Source: a virus (Duplodnaviria > Caudoviricetes). Taken from it: 64,000 nucleotides of DNA. This document shows, one piece after another, positions 8,632-16,262 of this stretch. Below the pieces are notes generated by a model. It made no database searches and was not told where the DNA came from. It saw only the letters and a program-made list of their open reading frames with translations. The translations under genes and the position numbers were made by a program. Position 1 is the stretch's first letter. Each line of letters begins with the position of its first letter. The stretch is taken from the IMG/VR virus record IMGVR_UViG_2870609773_000001, positions 1 through 64,000 of that record; one strand, written 5' to 3'.

Positions 8632-8841
8632 GTGACACGCTGGCGAGGACCCCGAGGCATCGAGATCGAGGTCATCGTGCTGAACGGCTACCAGCGCTTC
8701 AAGGTCACCCAAACCGTAGGGAAGCGCCGCTACCTGCTCGGCTACTACGGCAACCTGGCAGGCGTCCTCCACCACGTGGGCGACCTCGCAGACCTAGTCG
8801 AAGTGCTGGACTTCCCCGCCGACCGTCATGCCGCGTCCTGA
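8632..8841 (+). CDS. small hypothetical protein
   Basis: GTG start after a -10-like TACTCT; protein-like composition. Confidence 0.55.
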   Translation: MTRWRGPRGIEIEVIVLNGYQRFKVTQTVGKRRYLLGYYGNLAGVLHHVGDLADLVEVLDFPADRHAAS

Positions 8842-9122
8842 GGTCCGTCACCACGGGCCGCTTTCCTCAGTGCCATCTCCGCCTTCAGCACCGATTCCAC
8901 CTCGTCCCACCATGGCAGGTTTCGTAGCTCTTCCATGCGGTCCAGCCGGGCCATCCGTGCCCGGTGCAGCTCGTCTGCCAGGTCGTCTGGGATCTCCGCC
9001 TCGCCTGCGGCGACCGCACTCCCGGACGGCATGGAGGCGACGATGCGGTGCACTTCAGCGTCCGCTTCGTCGTACGCCCGCTGGGCAGCGATCACTTCTT
9101 CTGGGATGTCGAGGTCGGCCAT
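8826..9122 (-). CDS. helical hypothetical protein
   Basis: MADLDIPEEVIAAQRAYD...; possibly leaderless. Confidence 0.65.
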   Translation of the reverse strand: MADLDIPEEVIAAQRAYDEADAEVHRIVASMPSGSAVAAGEAEIPDDLADELHRARMARLDRMEELRNLPWWDEVESVLKAEMALRKAARGDGPQDAA

Positions 9123-9172
9123 AAACGGGATCCTACGGACACGCCTGCGGGTGATCACGTACTGGGGCCACG

Positions 9173-9322
9173 ATGTCGCTCATGGATCAACAGCAGGCCG
9201 ACGAGCTCATGGCAGGCGCGAGGCTCCGGGCCGCGCTGGTGGACCACATCCAGGAGACCGAGCCTGTACCACCTGAGGTGAGTGAGGCGGTGCGGGAGTT
9301 GTACGGGGAGCGGTCAGCATGA
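9173..9322 (+). CDS. small hypothetical protein (49 aa), divergent from the previous gene
   Basis: MSLMDQQQADELMAGARLRAALVDHIQE... read from the sequence. Confidence 0.45.
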   Translation: MSLMDQQQADELMAGARLRAALVDHIQETEPVPPEVSEAVRELYGERSA

Positions 9323-9624
9323 CGCAGCGTGAAAAGAATCATCAGAGCCGAAACGATCATTGAAGGCGAGCATCATCTACCAGATGCGCAGAGAATGCAG
9401 TGATTTGCATCACATATAAGCCATCAATTTTGTAACGATGATCTTCGGAAGGCGCTTGCTTGGTGTGCCTATCACTTTAGGTTCATCCATGAGAACCCTT
9501 CGCGTCTGGTGGTGAATCGCTACAGAGCGGCGTTGATTCATGCATCCTTGTGCCTCACGAGTCAGCGCGGTTCAGTGTGCGTTAACGGGAACGCCGCCGC
9601 GTCATGCTTCGGGGGAGGCGCGCG

Positions 9625-11508
9625 GTGAGCCGCCGTTTCAACCAATCCCAGAGGGCCGCCCTCTTCCTGGCTACGAACGGCCGCTGCGCACGCTGCGGTG
9701 AGGAGCTACAGCCAGGCTGGCACGGCGATCACGTCATGCCTCACTCCAGAGGCGGCGCTACGGACGTGACCAACGGTGAAGCGTTGTGCCCCGGATGCAA
9801 TCTCCAGAAAGGGGATCGCATGAGTCAGCTCAGGGCTTGGCAAGAGGACGCCCTCAGGGAGTACAGCCTCTGGACGCCTCGTGAGGGCAACGGCTTCCTC
9901 GTCGAGGCCACCCCTGGCGCGGGGAAGACAAGGCTGGCGATCGAAGTCGCCTGCCGGGCGCTGGCATCGGGGCGCGTCCAGCGCATCGTCATCGCCGTGC
10001 CGACCGCGCGTCTGGAAGGCCAGTGGGCCGAGGAGTTCGGCAAGCAGGGTGTCAGCATCAACCCGGGGTGGCAGGCCGCCGACGGACGTCTCGCCTCCGA
10101 CGAGCAAGGGTGCGCCGCCACATACGCGGAGATCGCCAAACAGCCGCAGATCTATCGCAAGCTCATCTCCGAGAAGCCAACCCTCGTCATCCTCGACGAG
10201 ATCCACCACTGCGGCGGAGACGATCGAGCATGGGGAGCTGGCGTCCGCACCGCCTTCCAGCCGGCCACCGCGAAGCTCCTCCTCTCGGGCACGCCCTTCC
10301 GGTCCGACAACGACGAGATCCCCTTCGTCAACTACGTGGATGGGGTCGGCGCCCCGGACTTCCGCTACGGCTACGACCGGGCACTGGCCGACGGCGTGGT
10401 CCGCGCGGTCTTCTTCCCGCGCCGCGGCGGCCTCATGGAATGGACCGCTCCGAACGGCGACTCCCGCAGAGCGACCTTCGAGGATCAACTCAACGACCGC
10501 GAGGCCGCCCACCGCCTGCGCACCGCGCTGTCGCCGACGGGCGACTGGCTGCCATCGGTGCTCAAGGAGGCCGACGCACAGTTGAGCGAGCTGCGAACGG
10601 TTGACCCGCAGGCCGGCGGCATCGTGTTCTGTGAAGACTCCTTCACCGCCCGCGAGGTCGTCAAGCTGCTCACCGCCCTCGGTCAATCACCGGTGCTCGC
10701 CATCACCGACGAGCCCGACGCGGATGAGAGGATCAAGACCTTCAAGTCCTCGACAGCAGCGTGGATCGTCACCATTCGCAAGGTCAGCGAAGGTGTCGAC
10801 ATCCCGCGGCTCCGCGTCGGCGTGTACGCCACCCCATGGATCACGGAGCTGTTCTTCCGCCAGGTGGTCGGCCGGCTCGTGCGAATCCGCCCCGGCGAAG
10901 ACGACCCGACCGCATACCTCTACATTCCTGACGACGCGAGACTCCGCGAGATGGCCGCGCAGATCAAGCAGCAGCGCGACCACATCCTCGACCAGCAGGA
11001 AGCAGAACTCCTCGGAGAGAGCGAAGCCAACGCCGGCCCCTCGGGAGAGCAGCCCTTGTTCTCCCTGTTCTCTCCGATCTCGGCCACACCCACCGACGAG
11101 GGCGTGATTGTCGACTCGGACACCATCACGCCGGTGGAACTGGCCAACGCCGAGCAGATCAAGCGCATGGACCCCACCACGGTAGCCATGCCGACGGCGC
11201 TCGTTGCCAAGCTGCTCCGCAATGCAGGCACAACCGCGCCGACCGCTCCAGCGCCCTCGTTCGAGACAACCGAAGCACCCTTCGAGCGCAAGGAGAAGCT
11301 GAAGAAGAGCAACAACACCGCCGCCCAGCGCATCGCCCGCGCCCTCGACATCCCCCACAGCAAAGTCAACGGGCACCTCAACAAGCTGGTCGGCGTGTCC
11401 GTATCGCGAGGCGTACGGCAGTGCAGCGAAGAGCAGCTCGAGCGTCGCCTGCGCTACGCGCAGCAGTGGCTCGCTACCGGCACTGCCCCCGGAAAGGAAG
11501 CCGAATGA
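9625..11508 (+). CDS. HNH endonuclease fused to SF2 (DEAD/DEAH, Res-like) helicase
   Basis: GGGGGAGG RBS and GTG; CARC...DHVMPHSRGGATDVTNGEALCPGCN (HNH); ATPGAGKT, DEIHH, SGTPFRSD, SEGVDIP, QVVGR helicase motifs. Confidence 0.9.
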   Translation: MSRRFNQSQRAALFLATNGRCARCGEELQPGWHGDHVMPHSRGGATDVTNGEALCPGCNLQKGDRMSQLRAWQEDALREYSLWTPREGNGFLVEATPGAGKTRLAIEVACRALASGRVQRIVIAVPTARLEGQWAEEFGKQGVSINPGWQAADGRLASDEQGCAATYAEIAKQPQIYRKLISEKPTLVILDEIHHCGGDDRAWGAGVRTAFQPATAKLLLSGTPFRSDNDEIPFVNYVDGVGAPDFRYGYDRALADGVVRAVFFPRRGGLMEWTAPNGDSRRATFEDQLNDREAAHRLRTALSPTGDWLPSVLKEADAQLSELRTVDPQAGGIVFCEDSFTAREVVKLLTALGQSPVLAITDEPDADERIKTFKSSTAAWIVTIRKVSEGVDIPRLRVGVYATPWITELFFRQVVGRLVRIRPGEDDPTAYLYIPDDARLREMAAQIKQQRDHILDQQEAELLGESEANAGPSGEQPLFSLFSPISATPTDEGVIVDSDTITPVELANAEQIKRMDPTTVAMPTALVAKLLRNAGTTAPTAPAPSFETTEAPFERKEKLKKSNNTAAQRIARALDIPHSKVNGHLNKLVGVSVSRGVRQCSEEQLERRLRYAQQWLATGTAPGKEAE

Positions 11509-12092
11509 CCGTGGATCTTCGTGTGGAGAACGACCACCTGATCACCGATCTCCGCGGCGCCGTCCACAACGGCGAATCCGGACTGGCCTACGTACCCCGC
11601 CTACTCAAGAAGGTGCTCGAGACCGAGGCGTGGCGGGAGCGATATGACGCCAAGTCTAGGAGCATCGTGGCGTTCAAGTCTTTCGGGGATTTCGTCACTA
11701 CCCCGGCTACCGAGGGCTTGGGAGCGTCGATGGATCTAATCGAGAGGATCGTTGGCACTGACGATCCGGAACTGCTGATTCTTTTGCGTACGGCCAAGGC
11801 CCGAGGTCGTGGGGCCCGCACCGACTTACTTGACGGTGAATCACCGTCAAGTCTGGCGGACGACACTACTGGTAGAGATGTTGCCCGCTTGGCTAGGGAA
11901 GCCCCTGAGGAACTTGCCGCGGTCCAGCGCGGCGAGAAGAGCGTCCACGCGGCCGCCATTGCGGCCGGCATTCGTCGACGCCGCATCCCTGTCCGCCTTG
12001 ATGATGCGTCATCAGCCCTCCGCAGCCTGCAGGCGAACAGTAGCCCGGAGTTCTGGGCCGAGTTCAAGCGGCTCGTGAAGGAATCCGAGTAG
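11505..12092 (+). CDS. helicase-coupled partner protein of unknown function
   Basis: ATGA overlap with the helicase; GRGARTDL and GEKSVHAAAIAAG motifs; more A/T-ending codons than neighbours. Confidence 0.8.
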   Translation: MTVDLRVENDHLITDLRGAVHNGESGLAYVPRLLKKVLETEAWRERYDAKSRSIVAFKSFGDFVTTPATEGLGASMDLIERIVGTDDPELLILLRTAKARGRGARTDLLDGESPSSLADDTTGRDVARLAREAPEELAAVQRGEKSVHAAAIAAGIRRRRIPVRLDDASSALRSLQANSSPEFWAEFKRLVKESE

Positions 12093-12112
12093 AGGCCGTA
12101 CAACACGAAGAA

Positions 12113-12148
12113 GCCCCCGCCCCGGTCCGTGAGGACCAGAGCGGGGGC
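12113..12148. terminator. hairpin between convergent helicase island and phage late genes
   Basis: GCCCCCGC/GCGGGGGC outer stem. Confidence 0.55.
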
Positions 12149-12254
12149 AAGGTCAGCCACCCAACAGGGGCCGATGCGTTGGTCGCGCACATCAAGTATG
12201 CGGCTGTTTGATTAGTTTGTTTCGCTGGCGCGCGGGCTACTCAAGTCCCGCAGA

Positions 12255-12545
12255 TCAGCCCTCTGAATGGGCATTTGATGGCTGCTCTACGTCTGGGTCA
12301 TCGAGCGGGATGCCGAGCAGCACGGCGACGTTGCGGGAGATGAGTGGCGGGTTGGCGGCCTTCGCTCTGGCCTCCAGATACATCCGGCCGATGTCCTCGA
12401 TGCTGTCCACCTTCAGCGGCTGGTTACGTCTCTCCTCTGCGCCGGCCCGCATGGCTTCGATCTCGTCCACGTAGAAGCGGTCTCCATTCGGATAGACGTA
12501 GACGTCTCGCCCGTCGTGCCACCTGACGATCTCGGGGTCGTCCAT
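12255..12545 (-). CDS. hypothetical protein
   Basis: GGGAGG RBS before ATG at 12545. Confidence 0.7.
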   Translation of the reverse strand: MDDPEIVRWHDGRDVYVYPNGDRFYVDEIEAMRAGAEERRNQPLKVDSIEDIGRMYLEARAKAANPPLISRNVAVLLGIPLDDPDVEQPSNAHSEG

Positions 12546-12599
12546 GCCACCTCCCGGTCTGCTCCCAGCATCTCCCAGTTCTGGGAGGTGGACGCGAAA

Positions 12600-12637
12600 G
12601 AGGGGCCGGGCCACCCCGAAGGATGACCCGGCCCCTC
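12600..12637 (-). terminator. hairpin downstream of holin
   Basis: GAGGGGCCGGG/CCCGGCCCCTC 11-bp stem. Confidence 0.55.
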
Positions 12638-12709
12638 ATGGCATGGCTCGCCGCCCGCAGCAGCAACGAGACGATGCCTCCAGACGGCGCTTCAGCGCCT
12701 CTGGCTGGC

Positions 12710-13060
12710 TCAGCGTACAGCCGGCTTCGGCGACACGTTCTGCCGCACGAACATGCTGGCCGCCATGGCGACGAACGCCATGATGGCCGCCGTCTGCTCA
12801 TCCGACAGGGCCAGACCGAACACCAGCGCCACCGTGATGGCCGCCTGAGCGAAGCCCAGCACCGCCGAATGGATGGAGCTGCCGCCGTCCGCGGCCCGGG
12901 TGACGATCGCGGTCCACACGCCGATCGCCGCAGCGAAGATGGCGTTCAGGGCGCCTACCTGCTCCTGCGTGAGAGGCAGCACGAACGCCGTCAGCATCTG
13001 CAGACCGGCGCTCAGGAAACCCAGGATGACCGCGGGCTCGCGACCAAAGATCGTAGGCAT
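12710..13060 (-). CDS. holin
   Basis: IFGREPAVILG N-terminus typical of actinophage holins; about 4 TM segments; downstream of the endolysin. Confidence 0.8.
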   Translation of the reverse strand: MPTIFGREPAVILGFLSAGLQMLTAFVLPLTQEQVGALNAIFAAAIGVWTAIVTRAADGGSSIHSAVLGFAQAAITVALVFGLALSDEQTAAIMAFVAMAASMFVRQNVSPKPAVR

Positions 13061-13070
13061 GAGGGCCTCC

Positions 13071-13613
13071 CTAGTTGACGGTGTAGCCGCCGTTCCAGTC
13101 CCACGACTTACTGGCCACCTGCGTGGCGCCCGAGGTCAGCCACACCGAGTCGGCGTCGTTGTTGAGGAAGTGGCCGGAAGCTCCGCAGTCGACGTCGCTC
13201 TTGGCGTACAGCCGGTACTCGGTGCCGTTCTTGTAGTTGCCGCCCCACCGGGAGCCGTTGAACACGGTGACGGTCTCGCCGGGCTGCAGCATCGCGGCTG
13301 AGCCCTGACCGGGCAGGCCGGTGACCGTGTACTTGTTGCAGGTGTGCGGGTTCGTGTTGTTCTTCGACCAGTTGTCCTGGACCACGAGACCGTCGACGTC
13401 GACCGGTGCACCGCCCGTGACCTTGAAGGTGACGAACTCGCGGTTCCGGTTGGCCCATGTGTCGCTGCCCATCGCGTCCGTGCCGACCTCGACGATCGTC
13501 AGGGCGCCCGCAGGCAGGTCCAGGGCGGACGTGGAGGCCGAGGCCGGGCTGCCTGCGAGGCCAGCAGCGGCGACGACGGCAGCGAACAGAAGCGCGCTCT
13601 TGTTGAGACGCAT
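13071..13613 (-). CDS. secreted lamin-tail-domain-like protein
   Basis: Signal peptide ending PASA; NREFVTFKVTGGAPVDVDGLVVQD and LQPGETVTVFNG resemble the LTD motif. Confidence 0.7.
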   Translation of the reverse strand: MRLNKSALLFAAVVAAAGLAGSPASASTSALDLPAGALTIVEVGTDAMGSDTWANRNREFVTFKVTGGAPVDVDGLVVQDNWSKNNTNPHTCNKYTVTGLPGQGSAAMLQPGETVTVFNGSRWGGNYKNGTEYRLYAKSDVDCGASGHFLNNDADSVWLTSGATQVASKSWDWNGGYTVN

Positions 13614-13823
13614 GAGGATGCTCTCCTTGAGAGGTGAATACAGAAGAAGCGCCCTCGCACCTGCGGGGACGCTTCACGTGAGCCTTGAATACGGCTCGTT
13701 AGTTGGCCTCGTCGATGAGGCTCGGAATGCGCCCGTCTCCGGGCTCGTTCTCCGCGGGCTCGGGATGCCGCGGAAGTAGGGATGGGTAGAGGGTGTGCCA
13801 CCAGCGCAGCCACAGGCCGTCGC

Positions 13824-14624
13824 TCACGACACCCTCGCCAAGGCGGCCCACGTCAGAGGACCGACCAGGCCGTCCGAGTCGAGCTTCTTCAGCTTCTGGA
13901 AGCCCTTGATGAGCTTGACGAACTCATCGTCGTACCCGGTGCGGTCCAGCCACTCCTTCAACCCCGCCGCGGCGTACACAGCCTCAGGCAGATAGCCGCG
14001 GGCGTTCAGCAGGCCGCGCGCCGTCTTGACGTCCCAGTTGTCGTCCCCGGGCCGCAGCAGGGGCAGATCCTTCACAAGCTTCTCCGTCCAGCTCAGGTCG
14101 TCGGCCGGCGCCGCGGGCTCGCCACGCAACAGCGCGGCGACGTCCCGGCGGAAGTTGTTCATGTTGATCGAGTGAGGGTCGGGCTTCGAGGCGTTGACCT
14201 CCTTGTGCCCCTTCACGGTGGACACCGGCAGACCGAACTCGCGGCACAACTCAGCGCACAGCCGCTTGTAGGCGTCGAGTTGCACCTTCGGCCATGGCGT
14301 CCGGCCGTCGTTCTCCGCCTCGATGCCGATGGACCGGCTGTTGGTGTGCCCCAACGACAGGCTTGGTGCGTTGTGCCAGCACCGGCCTGCGGCGACGATG
14401 AAGATCCGGCCGTCGCGCCTCAGCCAGATCTGGGAGAGCGGACCGTCCAAGCCTGGTCGTCCGTCTCGGACCACGTGCATGTCGTTCCAGCCCGCGGTGT
14501 GGTGGCAGACCACCCCATCGACCTCTTGAAGCGGACCGTGGCCGCGCGTCTTCCACCCCGCCACCTCTGTCACGGGGCAGCCCGTACGCCGGGCCACCTT
14601 GGCGAGTTGCGTCAGGTAGGGCAT
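13824..14624 (-). CDS. endolysin: N-acetylmuramoyl-L-alanine amidase with C-terminal peptidoglycan-binding domain
   Basis: VVCHHTAG, SIGIEAEN, VKGHKEV amidase motifs; C-terminal DGLVGPLTWAAL. Confidence 0.92.
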   Translation of the reverse strand: MPYLTQLAKVARRTGCPVTEVAGWKTRGHGPLQEVDGVVCHHTAGWNDMHVVRDGRPGLDGPLSQIWLRRDGRIFIVAAGRCWHNAPSLSLGHTNSRSIGIEAENDGRTPWPKVQLDAYKRLCAELCREFGLPVSTVKGHKEVNASKPDPHSINMNNFRRDVAALLRGEPAAPADDLSWTEKLVKDLPLLRPGDDNWDVKTARGLLNARGYLPEAVYAAAGLKEWLDRTGYDDEFVKLIKGFQKLKKLDSDGLVGPLTWAALARVS

Positions 14625-14944
14625 CACGCCTCCTTCCGCGTGTGCTCGCGGCGCTTCTCGCGCCAGGTCTTGAGGATGATGAGGAGCCGCCAGCCGAGCA
14701 CCACCGGTACGCCGGCGAACGCGATGGACCGCAGCGTCCGGATCAGGTCGCTGTCCGGGATCCACACCCGCAGCGCCCACAGCGCCAGGACGGCTGCCAG
14801 GACGGATTGGAACGCCATCACGTGCCTGCCGCCAGGCGTCTCCCACCAGCGGGCCAGCAGCGCCTGAGCGGCCACGCAGGCGAGCGCGAGCAGCGACGTC
14901 ACGATCAGGAGGACGCTGCCGATGAGGTACAGCTCGTCATGCAT
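14624..14944 (-). CDS. putative holin-like membrane protein
   Basis: About 3 TM segments; coupled to the endolysin start. Confidence 0.7.
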   Translation of the reverse strand: MHDELYLIGSVLLIVTSLLALACVAAQALLARWWETPGGRHVMAFQSVLAAVLALWALRVWIPDSDLIRTLRSIAFAGVPVVLGWRLLIILKTWREKRREHTRKEA

Positions 14945-15131
14945 GCCCGCCTCCGAACGCATCGTCGAGGAGGGCGCTGAACCCGTTCGCCTCGCGGAGT
15001 TCCCGCAGCCTCTGGGCGATGGAGCGGGCGCGTCCGGCTCGTTCACGCGCCTGCCGGAGGTCCTGCTGGGCGCGGAGTTTCGACTCGGCAGCCTCGCGTT
15101 CGGCGCGTCTGATCTCTTCCTCTGGCGTCAT
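14937..15131 (-). CDS. small coiled-coil lysis-cassette protein
   Basis: RLRELREANGFSALL motif; overlaps neighbours. Confidence 0.7.
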   Translation of the reverse strand: MTPEEEIRRAEREAAESKLRAQQDLRQARERAGRARSIAQRLRELREANGFSALLDDAFGGGHA

Positions 15132-15424
15132 CGCTGGGCCTCGCTCTGGCGCTTGCGGATCTCTTCCAGCAGCGCCATCGCTGTCTGGCTGCCTTCGGCC
15201 GCGGCTTGGAGCGCGGCGCGGGTCTCTTCGGCGTGGGCCTTCCTGGTGAGGTCGTGGGCGGCGCGTTCGGTGTCGTACAGCTTGCGCCACTGCTCGATCT
15301 CCTTGACCAGCCTGTCCACGGTGGGTTTCGGCGCTATCCAGCCCTTGAGAAACAGGATGAATGCGAGCCCGGCCAGACCGGCGTTGAGAAGGATGCCGAT
15401 GATGTTCGGGTCCTGCACACGCAC
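15128..15424 (-). CDS. single-TM plus coiled-coil lysis-cassette protein
   Basis: N-terminal TM followed by an amphipathic helix. Confidence 0.7.
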   Translation of the reverse strand: MRVQDPNIIGILLNAGLAGLAFILFLKGWIAPKPTVDRLVKEIEQWRKLYDTERAAHDLTRKAHAEETRAALQAAAEGSQTAMALLEEIRKRQSEAQR

Positions 15425-15452
15425 CTCGGATCGTTGAGCTGGGATGGGTGGA

Positions 15453-15491
15453 GGTGCCGCCCGGGAGCACCCTCAAGACCCGGGCGGCACC
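15453..15491. terminator. 13-bp perfect hairpin upstream of the lysis genes
   Basis: GGTGCCGCCCGGG/CCCGGGCGGCACC. Confidence 0.45.
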
Positions 15492-15541
15492 GATCAAGGA
15501 GATAGACCTCGCGGCTAAACTCCGCACGTGGGGATGAGATC

Positions 15542-15751
15542 TTGAAAAGGGCGCTGCGGTATGGGCTGGCCGCGCTGATCCTGGCTGCGGTCGCAGCGAT
15601 CGTGGCTGCTGCCCTGGCTGTGGTTCCGTTCCTCATCCACGGGGACATCTCCGACGCGTTGCTGACCGGTGCCGGCTCCGTTGCCGTCGTGGTTGTCGGA
15701 CTAACTTTTCGCGCCTGGCGGGAACGAAGAAGCAGCCGCTCTGACAAGTAA
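15542..15751 (+). CDS. two-TM membrane moron, opposite strand
   Basis: Hydrophobic ORF filling the gap between tail and lysis genes; TTG start. Confidence 0.6.
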   Translation: MKRALRYGLAALILAAVAAIVAAALAVVPFLIHGDISDALLTGAGSVAVVVVGLTFRAWRERRSSRSDK

Positions 15752-15845
15752 TGAGTGGCCGCCCGCGTTTCCCTCTACCGACGCCAGCCACCGTTCAGAG
15801 CTGAGGAGTCGATACGCGGGCGGCCACGTTCAAGGGGGGCGTCCG

Positions 15846-16259
15846 TCAGGAGTTGATGATGTTGGCGGCCCGCAGCGACTGAAGCAGCGTCACGAGGACA
15901 CCCCGCGCGAGCTGAGCATCATTGCGCAGGTCCTGGTAGACGGACACCGTCACCTCGGGCGGCGATGACGGGCTGGTGAAAACCGGCGGGCTCGCCACAG
16001 CAGCACCCGGAGTGAAGGGTGGCGATGGTTTGAGGGAGTAGACGGATCCGTCAGCGCCGCTCCACATCGGCTCGTCGCCGTTGGCGGTCAGGTGGCCGCC
16101 GCTGTCCGGTGTGGACGGCAGCGTCTGGTTGGGGATTTTCCACCCTTGGCTGGCCTCGGTGAATCCGCCCTGGTTGGTGACAGAGGAGCGGAGTTCTCTG
16201 ACCGCCTGCTCCAGGGCGCGGATGCGGTCCATGACGTCCTCAGGCTGCGGCAGCGGCAT
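15846..16259 (-). CDS. minor tail protein
   Basis: Position after the hub protein; N-terminal coiled coil DRIRALEQAVREL. Confidence 0.7.
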   Translation of the reverse strand: MPLPQPEDVMDRIRALEQAVRELRSSVTNQGGFTEASQGWKIPNQTLPSTPDSGGHLTANGDEPMWSGADGSVYSLKPSPPFTPGAAVASPPVFTSPSSPPEVTVSVYQDLRNDAQLARGVLVTLLQSLRAANIINS

Positions 16260-16262
16260 CGC

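Noticed and set aside
8632-8841. Possible transposase
   Set aside because: Only 69 aa, with no DDE or HUH motif and no terminal repeats.
8510-12255. att site or tRNA at the phage boundary
   Set aside because: No tRNA-like sequence recognised, and no direct repeat can be paired within the window.
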